A DNA stretch of 64,000 bases from Chthoniobacterales bacterium (GCA_018883245.1 VEQL01000012.1:3079-67078); one strand, 5' to 3'; counted from the first letter of the stretch, positions 18,066 through 28,968 are shown. Translations and numbers: made by a program. The notes: generated by a model not told the origin, from the sequence alone.

Positions 18066-19559
18066 ATGAAAGATTTTATGCCCCGTTCCGCTTCAATGCG
18101 CTCCGCTTCCAAGTCAGCGTTCCCCCGCTCGCGTCGGCCCAAGCCTGAGTCCGTCCCTGCGTCCAAAAGAGACGCCGGAGCGGACGTGAATAACTCCGCT
18201 ACCGCCGGGGAGTTGGACGCTGTCTGGGAACAAGTTGCTTCGGCACTGAAGGCCGAATTGGGCGAGGGCGTTTACGACCGTTGGTTTTCCTCGCTGCAAC
18301 TCACCGGTCTGACTTCCAAAGCGCTGACCCTGGCCATCCCCAACAGCATTTATCAGGTGTGGATCGAGAGCAACTACGCCGCCCAAGTCCAAGCCGCATT
18401 GCTCACAGTCTTCGGCAGCCGCCGGGCCGTGGAGTTCGTTGTGGATAACTGCGGCTCCAAGACTGAGCCGGCCGCGCCCGCGTCGGAGGCCTCCGTGGCG
18501 GCGGCTCCGGAAAGCGAGATCGAGGAACCTCCGGATGCCAAAGGTCTCAATCCGCGCTACGTGTTCGACACCTTTGTCGTGGGGACCAATAGCGAGTTCG
18601 CCCATGCCGCCGCGCTGGCCGTGGCCAAGGCCCCCTCGCGCACCTACAACCCTCTTTTCATCCACGGCGGCGTCGGTCTGGGCAAAACGCACCTGCTGCA
18701 CGCCATCGGTCACCACATCGCACGCAGCAAGCGCGGCGCCCGCATCGCCTACGTCCGCAGCGAGACCTTCACCAACGACTTCATCCAGGCCATCCAGACC
18801 AACGCGCTGGTCAAGTTCCGCAAACGCTACCGCCAGGCCGATGTCCTCCTCATCGACGACATCCAGTTTCTTGGCGGCAAGGAGCGCTCCCAGGAAGAGT
18901 TTTTCCACACCTTCAATTCGCTTTTCGAGGGGCGCAAACAGATCGTCCTCTCCAGCGACCAGCCGCCGAGTGAAATCGCCCACCTCGAGCAGAGGCTGGT
19001 TTCGCGCTTCGAGTGGGGCCTCACCGCGGAGTTGCAGCCCCCGGACATGGAGACGCGCCTCGCCATCCTGCGCCGCAAGGCCGACATGCTGCAGGTCAAA
19101 CTGCCCGCGCATGTTTTCGAATACCTGGCCCACCGTGTGAAATCGAACGTCCGCCGTTTGGAGGGCGCCCTCCTGCGCGTGGCCTCGTTCGTCTCCCTCA
19201 GCAGCCGCCCGCTCACCGACGAGTCGGTCGAGCACCTGTTGCGCGACATTCTGCAGGAGGAAGCCCGCCGCGCCGTGAGCATCGACCAGGTGCAGCGGAA
19301 AGTCGCCGAGCATTACGACGTGCGGTTGGCCGACATGACCAGCAAACGCCGCCCGGCCAACATCGCGTTCCCGCGCCAGATCGCCATGTTCATTTCGCGC
19401 CGCATCACCAAATCGTCGCTGCAGGAAATCGGCGAGGCTTTCGGCGGCCGCGATCACGGGACTGTGATCCACGCCTGCAAAACGGTGCAGGCGCGCATGG
19501 ACAACGAGGAGAGTCTCCGCCAGGTGATCCGCTTCCTCGAGACTTCACTCCAAAGGTGA
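18066..19559 (+). CDS. dnaA: chromosomal replication initiator protein DnaA
   Basis: AAA+ Walker A GGVGLGKTHLL, DDIQFL box, sensor motifs and C-terminal DNA-binding domain (RRPANIAFPRQIAMFISR...DHGTVIHAC). The basic ~50-aa N-terminal extension makes the exact start uncertain. Confidence 0.95.
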   Translation: MKDFMPRSASMRSASKSAFPRSRRPKPESVPASKRDAGADVNNSATAGELDAVWEQVASALKAELGEGVYDRWFSSLQLTGLTSKALTLAIPNSIYQVWIESNYAAQVQAALLTVFGSRRAVEFVVDNCGSKTEPAAPASEASVAAAPESEIEEPPDAKGLNPRYVFDTFVVGTNSEFAHAAALAVAKAPSRTYNPLFIHGGVGLGKTHLLHAIGHHIARSKRGARIAYVRSETFTNDFIQAIQTNALVKFRKRYRQADVLLIDDIQFLGGKERSQEEFFHTFNSLFEGRKQIVLSSDQPPSEIAHLEQRLVSRFEWGLTAELQPPDMETRLAILRRKADMLQVKLPAHVFEYLAHRVKSNVRRLEGALLRVASFVSLSSRPLTDESVEHLLRDILQEEARRAVSIDQVQRKVAEHYDVRLADMTSKRRPANIAFPRQIAMFISRRITKSSLQEIGEAFGGRDHGTVIHACKTVQARMDNEESLRQVIRFLETSLQR

Positions 19560-19635
19560 AGAAGGCTTTGACAGCCGGCAGGAATTTTCGGACATAGAAC
19601 GCTCCGCCAACCGGCGCGGGAACTCCATCCAACCC

Positions 19636-20736
19636 ATGAAATTCACCATCTCGCAGGAAGCTTTCGCCGAAGGGCTGCAAAACGCGGTCAGTGCGGTCAA
19701 TCCCCGCAGCACGCTGCCCATCCTGTCCAATGTCCTGCTGCAAGCCGACGGCGACGAACTGACGCTCACCTCGACCGATCTGGATTTCACCGTGCGCACG
19801 AAGGTGCCCGCCAAGGTCGGCAAGTCCGGCGCGACCACGCTGCCGGCCAAGCGCCTGAGCACTCTGGTGAAAGATCTCCCGAAGACGGACATCGAGGTGG
19901 AGGTCGATCCCAAGAGCCTCGCCACCCTCAAGAGCGGTGCGGGCGTTTATAAAATTTTCGGTCTGCCCGAGGCGGAATTTCCCGGGATGCCGGCGTTCGA
20001 CGGTTCGGTCGAGTTCAAGCTCAAGTCGGCCGACCTGAAAGACGGCTTGCGCAAAACGCACTACGCCATTTCCCTCGACGAGACCCGCTACGTCCTCAAC
20101 GGCATCTTTTTCTCCTTCAAGGGCGACAAGCTCACCCTCGTGGCCACCGACGGGCGCCGCCTCGCCCTGGCCGAGGTCAATGATCTCGAGATACCGCCCA
20201 GCCAGGAGCGCGAATTCATCGTCCGCACCAAGGCGATCTCCGAGTTGATGCGCGCCCTCAAAGACGACGGCGACGTTGTCGTGCGCCTGGCGCAGAACAT
20301 GGTGCAGTTCGATTGCGGTCCTACGACGCTGATCTCCAAACTCGTCGAAGGCAATTACCCGAACTACGTGCAGGTGATCCCCACGAAGGTCAACGAGCGC
20401 GTCACTGTGGAGCGCGAGTCGCTGCTCAACGCCGTCCGCCGCGTTTCGTTGCTCAACACCGAGAAAACGGCTTCCGTCCGCCTCAGCTTCTCCAAGGGCA
20501 ATCTCGACATCACATCGAACACTCCCGAGGTCGGCGAGGCGCGCGAAGCGCTGGCCGTGAGCTACAAGGGCAAGGACATTTCCATCGCATTCAATCCGGA
20601 ATTTCTCATGGCCCCGCTGCGGTATCTCAACGAGGACGAGGTCCATTTCGAGCTGATCGACGACATCAGTCCCGGCGTCATCAAGATCAACGCGCCCTTC
20701 GTTTACGTGCTCATGCCCATGCGGGTGGGGGCCTGA
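19636..20736 (+). CDS. dnaN: DNA polymerase III beta sliding clamp
   Basis: 366 aa. MKFTISQEAF...PILSNVLL...LTLVATDGRRLA and a C-terminus typical of DnaN. Immediately downstream of dnaA. Confidence 0.95.
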   Translation: MKFTISQEAFAEGLQNAVSAVNPRSTLPILSNVLLQADGDELTLTSTDLDFTVRTKVPAKVGKSGATTLPAKRLSTLVKDLPKTDIEVEVDPKSLATLKSGAGVYKIFGLPEAEFPGMPAFDGSVEFKLKSADLKDGLRKTHYAISLDETRYVLNGIFFSFKGDKLTLVATDGRRLALAEVNDLEIPPSQEREFIVRTKAISELMRALKDDGDVVVRLAQNMVQFDCGPTTLISKLVEGNYPNYVQVIPTKVNERVTVERESLLNAVRRVSLLNTEKTASVRLSFSKGNLDITSNTPEVGEAREALAVSYKGKDISIAFNPEFLMAPLRYLNEDEVHFELIDDISPGVIKINAPFVYVLMPMRVGA

Positions 20737-20750
20737 CTCATTTGCGGCGC

Positions 20751-21527
20751 GTGAAACCGCGTTTTTTCGCCGTCGCTCTGCTCGTTCTTTGCGCCTCCGG
20801 CGCGCACGGGGAAGGCGTGAAGCTGGATGATGCCGAAGCCGCGCGCATCGGCCAAAGGATCTGGCGCAACGAGTGCGCCGGCACACGCGACGGGCTGACC
20901 TCCTGGAACAAGGGCGAGGATTTCGCCTCGCTCGGCATCGGCCATTTCATCTGGTATCCGCAGGGCAAACGCGGTCCCTTCAAGGAAAGTTTCCCCGCGC
21001 TGCGCGATTATCTCGCCGCCAACGGCGTGAAACTTCCCGCGTGGCTCGCCTCGGCCAAGTCTTGCCCGTGGCCCGACCGCGCGTCGTTCATGGCCGACTT
21101 CCGGTCCGATCGAATGGAACAGCTCCGCGCTTTGCTTGCATCGACGGTCGGACAACAGGCCCGCTTCGCCGCGCTGCGCCTGGAATCGGCCCTGCCGCAA
21201 ATGCTTTCCGCAGCGCCCGCGCCGGAGCGCGAAAAAATCCGCGCGAACTTTTACCGCGTGGCCAATGCGCCCGGTGGTCTTTATGCGCTGATGGATTACG
21301 TGAATTTCAAAGGCGAGGGAACTTCGCCGACCGAGCGTTACCAGAGCGAAGGGTGGGGTTTGCTCCAGGTTCTCGCGGGCATGCCCGACAGCGGATCGCC
21401 GACCGCCGCCTTCTCGCAGAGCGCGGACCGCGTCCTGACCCGCCGCGTGCAACTCTCGCCGCCGGCCCGCGGTGAAAGCCGCTGGCTTCCCGGTTGGCGC
21501 AACCGCGTCGCCACCTACGCGCCGTGA
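20751..21527 (+). CDS. secreted hypothetical protein
   Basis: Signal peptide VKPRFFAVALLVLCASGAHG after in-frame GTG 20751 (TTG 20742 is an alternative) of track ORF 20313..21527. No family recognised. Its stop overlaps a candidate GTG start of polX (GTGA). Confidence 0.45.
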   Translation: MKPRFFAVALLVLCASGAHGEGVKLDDAEAARIGQRIWRNECAGTRDGLTSWNKGEDFASLGIGHFIWYPQGKRGPFKESFPALRDYLAANGVKLPAWLASAKSCPWPDRASFMADFRSDRMEQLRALLASTVGQQARFAALRLESALPQMLSAAPAPEREKIRANFYRVANAPGGLYALMDYVNFKGEGTSPTERYQSEGWGLLQVLAGMPDSGSPTAAFSQSADRVLTRRVQLSPPARGESRWLPGWRNRVATYAP

Positions 21528-23266
21528 CCCGCGACGAGGTTGTCGATATCCTCGGGCGCATCGGTTTGCTCCTCGAGTTGCAGGGGGAGAATCCCTTCAA
21601 AATCCGCGCCTACCAAAATGGCGCGCGCGCGCTGGAAATGCTCGAGGGAGATCTCGGCACGCTCGTCCGCGAAGACAAACTCAAAGGCATCCCGGGCATC
21701 GGGGAGGCCCTGCGCGAAAAGATCACCGCTCTCGTCACCACCGGCAAGCTTCCCTACTACGACGATCTGCGCGCACAGTTCCCGCCGAAGTTGTTCGAGT
21801 TGTTCGATGTCCCGGGGCTCGGACCGAAGAAAATCAAAGCCCTCTACGAGAGGCTCGACGTCGCGTCTTTCGCCGACCTCGAAAAAGCGTGCAAGGACGG
21901 CAAAGTGGCCGGCCTCGAGGGTTTCGGCGCCAAGACCCAGGAGAAACTTCTCCATGCGCTCGACACGCTCAAACAGGGGGCGGGGCGCCATCTTGCCGCC
22001 GTCGCGGCCTCGGCATCCCGGGAACTTCTCGATGATCTCCGCGCGCACCCCGATGCCATCCGTTTGTCATCCGGCGGCAGCACGCGCAGGCGGAACGAAA
22101 CGGTGCATGACATCGACATCATCGTTTCGACGAAAAATCCCGACGCCATTTCCCGCGCTTTCCGCGAGCATCCGCTGGTCGAGCGGGTCCTTGCCGCCGG
22201 CGACACCAAGTCGAGCGTGATGCTGAAAGGCGGTTTGCAGGCCGACCTGCGCGTGGTGTCCGACGACGAATATCCTTTCGCGCTGATGTATTTCACCGGC
22301 AGCAAGGAGCACAACATCGTGCTCCGCGGGCTCGCGCAGGACCGGGGATGGACCCTCAACGAGTATCGCCTCGCGCCCGCGAAGAAAGGTGCGCCGCGGA
22401 TTCCGGAAATCTCCGAGGAGAGCGACATCTACAAGCTGCTCGGCTTCGATTACATCGAACCGGAATTGCGCGAGAACCGCGGCGAATTCGAGGCGGCAAA
22501 AAACCACAAGCTGCCGGATCTGGTGAAACTGGAGAACATCCGCGGGACGTTCCACTGCCACACGCGTGCCAGCGACGGACGCAACACCCTGGCCGAAATG
22601 GCGGCTGCCGCGCAGGAACTCGGGCTCGAATACCTCGGCATCGCCGACCACAGCAAGGCGTCCTTCCAAGCCAACGGCCTCGATGCCGCGCGATTGAAAA
22701 AGCAGGTCGCCGAAATAGAAGCGCTCAACGCCGACCTCGACGGGTTCAGGATTTTCAGCGGGACCGAGTGCGACATCCTCAAGGACGGCAAGCTCGACTT
22801 CCCCGATCCGGTCCTCGCGCGCCTCGACTATGTCGTGGCCAGCGTCCATTCGTCGTTCACGCTCGGCGAGGCCGAGATGACCAAGCGTCTCATCCGTGCC
22901 ATGGAAAATCCCCATGTCACCATGCTCGGGCATATGACCGGACGCCTCCTTCTCCGACGGGAGTCGTATGCGGTCAACATTCCCGCTGTGCTCGACGCCG
23001 CCGCGGAAACCGGCACATTCGTCGAACTCAATGCCGATCCGCACCGTCTCGACCTTGATTGGCGCTGGTGGCGCTTGGCCGTCGAGAAGGGTGTGAAATG
23101 CGTTATAAATCCGGATGCCCATTCGACCGAGGGTCTGCAAAATCTTTGGTTCGGCGTCGGTTCGGCGCGGAAGGGCTGGCTGACGAAAAACGACGTGGTC
23201 AATTGTCTGCCGCTGAAAAAAGTCATTCCCGTGCTTGAAGCCAAACGAAGGGGCAATCGTCCATGA
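21494..23266 (+). CDS. polX: family X DNA polymerase with C-terminal PHP domain
   Basis: 590 aa. HhH N-terminus (ENPFKIRAYQNGARAL), Pol-beta-like nucleotidyltransferase (GSTRRRNETVHDIDIIV) and PHP histidines (GTFHCHTRASDG...IADHS). Alternative start GTG 21524. Confidence 0.85.
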   Translation: MAQPRRHLRAVTRDEVVDILGRIGLLLELQGENPFKIRAYQNGARALEMLEGDLGTLVREDKLKGIPGIGEALREKITALVTTGKLPYYDDLRAQFPPKLFELFDVPGLGPKKIKALYERLDVASFADLEKACKDGKVAGLEGFGAKTQEKLLHALDTLKQGAGRHLAAVAASASRELLDDLRAHPDAIRLSSGGSTRRRNETVHDIDIIVSTKNPDAISRAFREHPLVERVLAAGDTKSSVMLKGGLQADLRVVSDDEYPFALMYFTGSKEHNIVLRGLAQDRGWTLNEYRLAPAKKGAPRIPEISEESDIYKLLGFDYIEPELRENRGEFEAAKNHKLPDLVKLENIRGTFHCHTRASDGRNTLAEMAAAAQELGLEYLGIADHSKASFQANGLDAARLKKQVAEIEALNADLDGFRIFSGTECDILKDGKLDFPDPVLARLDYVVASVHSSFTLGEAEMTKRLIRAMENPHVTMLGHMTGRLLLRRESYAVNIPAVLDAAAETGTFVELNADPHRLDLDWRWWRLAVEKGVKCVINPDAHSTEGLQNLWFGVGSARKGWLTKNDVVNCLPLKKVIPVLEAKRRGNRP

Positions 23267-24153
23267 CCGACCAAGGATTCAAACTCTGGCTCAAGCGCAC
23301 GCGTGCCGCCGTGGAAAAAGCCTTGCGTGCCTCCGTGCCCGCCTCCGCGACCAAGCCGGTGACGATCCATCGTGCCATGCGCTACAGTCTGCTCGCCGGC
23401 GGCAAGCGTCTGCGTCCCGTTCTTTGCTGCGCCGCTTCCGAGGCTTGCGGCGGCACGACGAGCGATGCTCTCCCCGCTGCGTGTGCGGCCGAGATGGTCC
23501 ACGCCTACTCTCTCATCCACGACGACCTTCCCTGCATGGATGACGACGATCTGCGCCGCGGCAAACCGACATCGCATAAAGTTTTCGGCGAAGGTGTCGC
23601 CGTCTTGTGCGGCGATGCACTCCTTACCGAGGCCTTCGCCGTGCTGGCGCGGTCCGAGCCACGCGCGCGTTTTACCGCGGCGGACCTCGTCGGCGAATTG
23701 TCGCACGCCGCGGGATCGCGCGGGTTGATCGCCGGACAGGTCGCTGATCTCCAAGCGGAAGGGAAAAAGCCGTCCGAGGCTCCGCTTTATTTTATCCACG
23801 CCGCCAAAACGGGGATGCTTCTGCGCGCCGCCCTCAAGCTCGGCGGGATGTGCGCCGGCGGAAGCAAAAAACAAATCGCCGCGCTCGATCGTTTCGGATT
23901 CGCCCTCGGCCTCGCGTTCCAGATCCAAGATGACATCCTCGACGCGACGCAAAGCGCGAAGAAGCTCGGCAAGTCCGCCGGCAAAGACGCCAAGGCGGGC
24001 AAGATGACATTTCCTGCACTTTACGGATTGGATCAGTCGCGGGAGCTATCTGCACATTGGACGCGGGAAGCGATCCGGTCCCTGCGCGTCTTCGGGGTCA
24101 AGGGGGAGAAGCTGCGGCACCTGGCGGAGCTGATTCTCCAACGGCAGCGCTGA
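23263..24153 (+). CDS. ispA: polyprenyl (farnesyl/geranylgeranyl) diphosphate synthase
   Basis: 296 aa. First DDxxD region LIHDDLPCMDDDDLRRGKPT and second Asp-rich motif FQIQDDILD. ATGA overlap with polX. Confidence 0.8.
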   Translation: MTDQGFKLWLKRTRAAVEKALRASVPASATKPVTIHRAMRYSLLAGGKRLRPVLCCAASEACGGTTSDALPAACAAEMVHAYSLIHDDLPCMDDDDLRRGKPTSHKVFGEGVAVLCGDALLTEAFAVLARSEPRARFTAADLVGELSHAAGSRGLIAGQVADLQAEGKKPSEAPLYFIHAAKTGMLLRAALKLGGMCAGGSKKQIAALDRFGFALGLAFQIQDDILDATQSAKKLGKSAGKDAKAGKMTFPALYGLDQSRELSAHWTREAIRSLRVFGVKGEKLRHLAELILQRQR

Positions 24154-24179
24154 CTTGGCGGTGGAGTGCCGCCCGCGGG

Positions 24180-24485
24180 TCACCAGAAACGGAAGCCGAA
24201 AACGATGAAGCCCTTGGGCTTTCCTTCGTCGTTCGGGTCCCAAGAAGTCATGTAGCGCCCGTCGCCGTAACCTTTGGCGGCAAGCGGATTGACCAGTTGC
24301 CACGGTTGCTTCATTTGGAATGCGGCGGCCACGACGCCCTCGAGCGTCGAGTCGGGATCCAAGGGGGAGACGGACTTCGGGGGAGGTGCCACCTCGCGAC
24401 GCGGTTGCTTGGGGGCGACGAAGTCTTGGGCCAGACAACTTCCCGCGGAGAGAACCGCGATCAAGATCGGAAGGGTTGCGCGCAT
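24180..24485 (-). CDS. small secreted hypothetical protein
   Basis: 101 aa. Clear signal peptide MRATLPILIAVLSAGSCLAQ. Ends in aromatic FGFRFW. Convergent with ispA. Confidence 0.4.
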   Translation of the reverse strand: MRATLPILIAVLSAGSCLAQDFVAPKQPRREVAPPPKSVSPLDPDSTLEGVVAAAFQMKQPWQLVNPLAAKGYGDGRYMTSWDPNDEGKPKGFIVFGFRFW

Positions 24486-24574
24486 GTATTTCCTTTAGAT
24501 CCGAGGAGGCTTGCCGGCAACCCAGAAAATCACTCTCGCTTTTGCGCTGCGGACTGCGGAATCATCATCTTTTC

Positions 24575-25549
24575 ATGGATTACCTGTCGAAAGCCCGCCG
24601 GGTCATCGAAGTCGAGGCGGCGGAATTGCGCCGATTGGCGGAAAACCTTGATGGCAAAGCCTTCGGGCGGGCCGTGGAGACGTTGAGGGCGTGCGTGGAC
24701 AAGCGGGGCAAAATCGTCGTCTGCGGAGTGGGCAAGTCGGGGCACATCGGCGAGAAAATCGCCGCGACTCTCACCAGCACCGGATCGACCGCTGTCGTCC
24801 TGAATTCCCTCAATGCCCTCCACGGTGATCTCGGCCTCGTTGCCGATGGGGATGTGGTGCTCGCCATCAGCCACGGCGGGGAAACCGCGGAACTCCTCAA
24901 CATTCTCCCGCCGTTGGCGCGCTTCGACGTCAAACTCATCGCCATCACCGGACGTCCGGACTCGACGCTCGGCCACGCCGCCGACATCTGTCTCAAAGTC
25001 GATGTGGGCCAGGAGGCTTGCCCGCTCAATCTCGCGCCGACCTCCAGCACCACGGCCATGCTCGCTCTCGGCGATGCGCTGGCCATGGTCCTGCTCGAGG
25101 CCCGCGGGTTCCAGGCGGACGATTTTGCGCGCATTCACCCCGGTGGGAGCCTCGGCCGGGTTCTCCTTAATCGCGTGAAACAAATCATGCGCAAGGCCTC
25201 CAAAATGGCGGTTGTTTCACCCGATGACAACGTGCTCGACGCGCTCAAGCGCATGACCGAGCGCCGCAGCGGAGCGGCGGCGGTCGTCGGTGCCGACGGC
25301 AAGCTCTGCGGCGTGTTCACCCACGGGGATCTGGCGCGCCATTACCAGACGCATCCCGATCTCGGGTCGCTGCCGGTCGTGAGATTCATGACCAAGTCTC
25401 CGGTCACCATCGAAGGCGACAAGCTTGCCGCCGAGGCCCTGCACGTGCTAAAGACCCACCGTATTGACGACCTCATCGTGGTGGACAAGGAGAACCACCC
25501 GATCGGCGTGATCGATTCGCAAGATCTGTCCCGTCTGCAAGGCGTCTGA
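24575..25549 (+). CDS. kdsD: arabinose-5-phosphate isomerase (KpsF/GutQ family; SIS + tandem CBS)
   Basis: MDYLSKARRVIEVEAAEL..., SIS motif VVCGVGKSGHIGEKIAATL and CBS pair at the C-terminus. Start is the internal ATG 24575 of track ORF 24320..25549. Confidence 0.85.
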   Translation: MDYLSKARRVIEVEAAELRRLAENLDGKAFGRAVETLRACVDKRGKIVVCGVGKSGHIGEKIAATLTSTGSTAVVLNSLNALHGDLGLVADGDVVLAISHGGETAELLNILPPLARFDVKLIAITGRPDSTLGHAADICLKVDVGQEACPLNLAPTSSTTAMLALGDALAMVLLEARGFQADDFARIHPGGSLGRVLLNRVKQIMRKASKMAVVSPDDNVLDALKRMTERRSGAAAVVGADGKLCGVFTHGDLARHYQTHPDLGSLPVVRFMTKSPVTIEGDKLAAEALHVLKTHRIDDLIVVDKENHPIGVIDSQDLSRLQGV

Positions 25550-25578
25550 CCGCAATCTTCAACCAACACGATCAATCT

Positions 25579-26136
25579 ATGCCCGCCGCCAACGACCTCC
25601 GCAAAGGAATGGCCATCAAATACAACAACGACACGTATGTTGTCCTCGAGGTGCACCATCGCACTCCCGGCAACCTGCGCGCGTTCGTCCAGGCCATTAT
25701 CCGCAGCATCAAAACCGGCAAGTCGAGCGATGTGCGCTTCGGCTCCACCGAGAAGGTCGAGCTGGTCGATTTGCAGCGGCGTCCGTTGGAATTCAGCTAC
25801 AAGGACCATGAGGGATATCACTTCATGGATCCCGAGACCTACGAGACGCTCGAACTGGACGAAGCTCTCCTCGCCAGCGTCAAGAACTACCTCGTGGAAA
25901 ACCTCAAGGTCGATGTGCTCTACGCCGAAGGCCGCGCGGTCGAAGTGGAAATCCCGGCCTCGGTCACGCTGAAGGTCATCGAGTCGCCCGAGGGTCTGCG
26001 CGGTGACACCGCCAGCAACGTGCAAAAGCCCGCCACGTTGGAGACCGGTCTTGTGATCAACGTCCCGCTCTTTATCAAGGAGGGCGAGACGGTGAAGATC
26101 GATACGCGCACCGGCGCGTATATGGGTCGCGCCTGA
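25579..26136 (+). CDS. efp: elongation factor P
   Basis: 185 aa. NDLRKGMAIKYNNDTYVVLEVHHRTPGNLRAFVQ and KPATLETGLVINVPLFI are classical EF-P sequences. Confidence 0.95.
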   Translation: MPAANDLRKGMAIKYNNDTYVVLEVHHRTPGNLRAFVQAIIRSIKTGKSSDVRFGSTEKVELVDLQRRPLEFSYKDHEGYHFMDPETYETLELDEALLASVKNYLVENLKVDVLYAEGRAVEVEIPASVTLKVIESPEGLRGDTASNVQKPATLETGLVINVPLFIKEGETVKIDTRTGAYMGRA

Positions 26137-26150
26137 CGCGGCTGCGAGTC

Positions 26151-26936
26151 ATGGCCCGACGCGATCGCCGCCGAAAAGCCGCGCCGCGGGTCAGGCGCCT
26201 CAACGCTTCGTTTGCGGCTTCGCCGGATGCCTTCACGGTGCCCGTGCGCTGGGTCAAGGCGATCGTCGGTATTTTTCTCCTGCCGCCGTGCTACATCCTC
26301 ACGGCCGCGTTTTTCAGCGCGCTTTTCCGCGCGGCCGATCAGGACTTCCACCGCACGGCGGAATTCCTTTTTTTCGCCGCTGGTTCCGCGATCTGGCTGT
26401 TTGTCTTTTTTGTCCTTCCGCGTCCCCTGTGGATCTACGTGTTCGGGCACGAATTGACCCACGCCTTGGCGGTGCGTCTGGCCGGCGGACAGGTGCTCGA
26501 CTTCAATGTGAGCCGCGAGGGTGGACACGTGGTGACGGACAAGATCAACACGTGGATCGCGCTCGCGCCGTATTTCATCCCGATCTACAGCGTCATTGTC
26601 ATCGCGCTTTACGGGTTGGGATCCGTTTTTTACGACCTCGAACCCTACCGTCCTTTGCTCTACGTGCTGCTCGGGTTCACCTGGACCTTCCATGCGACGT
26701 TCACCCTTTCCATGATCCCGAAAGGACAGACGGATCTGGCTTATGGCGGGCACTTTTTTTCGCTGCTCGTCATTTATCTGATGAACCTGCTGGTCCTGTC
26801 CTTCATGCTTCTGCTCGCGTTGCCGCAACAGGGCGGGTTCCGAAAATTCGCCCGTGATATCCTCCTCTTCAGTGCCGACTTCGCTGTCGGTGCGAAGCAT
26901 GTTTTCGATCTGCTTGTCCGAGCCGCGGGTTATTGA
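26151..26936 (+). CDS. polytopic membrane protein with HExxH motif (M50B-like metallopeptidase candidate)
   Basis: 261 aa with about 6 hydrophobic segments. [17 protein letters not shown] matches the HExxH zinc-peptidase signature in a TM context. Confidence 0.45.
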   Translation: MARRDRRRKAAPRVRRLNASFAASPDAFTVPVRWVKAIVGIFLLPPCYILTAAFFSALFRAADQDFHRTAEFLFFAAGSAIWLFVFFVLPRPLWIYVFGHELTHALAVRLAGGQVLDFNVSREGGHVVTDKINTWIALAPYFIPIYSVIVIALYGLGSVFYDLEPYRPLLYVLLGFTWTFHATFTLSMIPKGQTDLAYGGHFFSLLVIYLMNLLVLSFMLLLALPQQGGFRKFARDILLFSADFAVGAKHVFDLLVRAAGY

Positions 26937-26980
26937 GCCGCAAACTTTCCTCGGGGCAGGCATTCTGCTTTGCTCGCGCC

Positions 26981-27805
26981 ATGAGCATGACCGTCTGGCA
27001 CAAAATCAAGGAATACACGGATCTGAAGTTCGAGAAGACGGAGGACGGGATCGCCAGGATCACGATCAACCGTCCCGAGGTGCGCAACGCCTTTCGCCCG
27101 CAGACGGTCGGGGAAATGAAGGATGCGCTCGACCATTGCCGCGACGATGCGTCGATCGGCGTGATCATTCTCACCGGCGAGGGTGACAAGGCTTTCTGCT
27201 CGGGCGGAGACCAGAAGGTGCGGGGTGACGGCGGCTACATCGGTGCAGACGGCGTTCCGCGTCTCAACATCCTCGACGTGCAGAAACAAATCCGCAGCTT
27301 GCCCAAACCGGTGGTCGCCATGGTCGCGGGCTATGCGATCGGCGGCGGTCATGTGCTCCATGTCGTCTGCGATCTGACCGTTGCCGCCGACAACGCGCGC
27401 TTCGGCCAGACCGGTCCGCGCGTCGGTTCGTTCGATGGCGGCCTCGGCGCAAGCTACCTCGCGCGGGTGGTCGGACAGAAAAAAGCGCGGGAGATCTGGT
27501 TTCTTTGCCGTCAGTATGACGCACAGCAGGCCCTCGAGATGGGCTTGGTCAACACCGTGGTCCCGCTCGCGCGTCTCGAGGAAGAGACTCTCAAGTGGTG
27601 CCGCGAAATCCTCGAGCTTTCACCCATGGCCTTGCGTTGTCTCAAAGCCGCGCTCAACGCCGACTGCGACGGACAAATGGGTCTGCTCGATTTGGCCGGC
27701 AATGCGACGCTGCTCTATTACCTGAGCGAAGAAGCAAAAGAGGGCAAACAGGCCTTCGTGGAGAAGCGCAAACCGGACTTCTCCAAGTATCCTCGCTTCC
27801 CCTGA
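26981..27805 (+). CDS. menB: 1,4-dihydroxy-2-naphthoyl-CoA synthase
   Basis: Crotonase fold. [25 protein letters not shown] and [16 protein letters not shown] are MenB-specific. Start is the internal ATG 26981. Confidence 0.9.
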   Translation: MSMTVWHKIKEYTDLKFEKTEDGIARITINRPEVRNAFRPQTVGEMKDALDHCRDDASIGVIILTGEGDKAFCSGGDQKVRGDGGYIGADGVPRLNILDVQKQIRSLPKPVVAMVAGYAIGGGHVLHVVCDLTVAADNARFGQTGPRVGSFDGGLGASYLARVVGQKKAREIWFLCRQYDAQQALEMGLVNTVVPLARLEEETLKWCREILELSPMALRCLKAALNADCDGQMGLLDLAGNATLLYYLSEEAKEGKQAFVEKRKPDFSKYPRFP

Positions 27806-27828
27806 CCGCGCGACTATAATAGCCGCCT

Positions 27829-28914
27829 ATGTCGAGCTTCGCCGGGCAACTTTTCCGCATCGCCACCTGGGGAGAATCCCATGGGGGTGGCGTCGGTGTT
27901 GTCATTGACGGATGCCTGCCGCAGATCGAACTGAGCGAAGCGGACATCCAGAAAGAACTCGACCGCCGCCGCCCCGGGCAGAGCGACATCGTCACGCCGC
28001 GCAAAGAGGCCGACCGCTGCGAGATTTTATCCGGCGTTTTCCAAGGCAAAACCCTCGGAACGCCGATTGCCATCCTTGTGCGCAACGAGGACGCGCGTCC
28101 CGAGGCCTACAAGGAAATGGAGACGATGTTCCGCCCTTCGCACGCCGATTTCACTTATCAGGCGAAATACGGCATCCGCAATTGGCAGGGCGGGGGACGC
28201 GCCTCCGCGCGTGAAACCATCGGACGTGTCGCTGCCGGTGTCGTGGCTCGCAAGGTTCTCGACGCGCTTCATCCCGGCATGGAGGTGCTGTCATGGGTCG
28301 GCCGCGTGCACCAAATCGCATCAAGCGTCGATCCGTCGAAGGTGAAATCCGCCGATATCGAAGCGAACGCCGTCCGTTGCCCCGATGCCGCCGCGGCGGA
28401 AAAGATGATCGCACGCATCAAGCAGGCGCGTTCGGACGGCGATTCGGTCGGCGGACTCGTCGAGTGCGTTGTGCGGAATTGTCCGCCGGGCTTGGGCGAG
28501 CCGGTCTTTGACAAACTCGAAGCGGACCTGGCCAAGGCCATGCTCAGCTTGCCGGCGACGAAGGGATTTGAAATCGGATCCGGTTTCGAGGGAACCAAGC
28601 TTACTGGACGCGAACACAACGATGCTTTCGAGATGCGCGGAGGACGCACTCGCACCGTGACCAACCGCTCCGGCGGGGTGCAGGGCGGTATCAGCAATGG
28701 CGAAGACATTGTCTTCCGCGTCGCCTTCAAGCCCACCGCGACCATCGCCAGCGCCCAGCAGACCGTCACCGGCTCGGGTGAGAACGCCGAACTTGCGGCG
28801 CGCGGACGCCATGATCCGTGTGTCGTCCCGCGTGCCGTGCCGATTGTCGAAGCCATGGTCTGGCTCGTGCTGGCCGAGCATGCCCTGCGCCAACGCGCGC
28901 AAAGTGCGGCTTGA
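27829..28914 (+). CDS. aroC: chorismate synthase
   Basis: 361 aa. [41 protein letters not shown]. Confidence 0.95.
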   Translation: MSSFAGQLFRIATWGESHGGGVGVVIDGCLPQIELSEADIQKELDRRRPGQSDIVTPRKEADRCEILSGVFQGKTLGTPIAILVRNEDARPEAYKEMETMFRPSHADFTYQAKYGIRNWQGGGRASARETIGRVAAGVVARKVLDALHPGMEVLSWVGRVHQIASSVDPSKVKSADIEANAVRCPDAAAAEKMIARIKQARSDGDSVGGLVECVVRNCPPGLGEPVFDKLEADLAKAMLSLPATKGFEIGSGFEGTKLTGREHNDAFEMRGGRTRTVTNRSGGVQGGISNGEDIVFRVAFKPTATIASAQQTVTGSGENAELAARGRHDPCVVPRAVPIVEAMVWLVLAEHALRQRAQSAA

Positions 28915-28968
28915 GAAAATTGCCGATTCGGCCCGGAGACGGCGGACTTGGGCTTTGCTTGCCGGCTG

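Noticed and set aside
18901-18909. DnaA-box-like TTTTCCACA inside dnaA, and TTATCCACG at 23792-23800 inside ispA.
   Set aside because: These are single one-mismatch boxes inside coding sequence, with no clustering. They are expected by chance in 64 kb and are not evidence for an origin.
24511-24520. 10-bp palindrome TTGCCGGCAA upstream of kdsD.
   Set aside because: It is too short and GC-rich to distinguish from chance in this genome, and no second copy was noticed.
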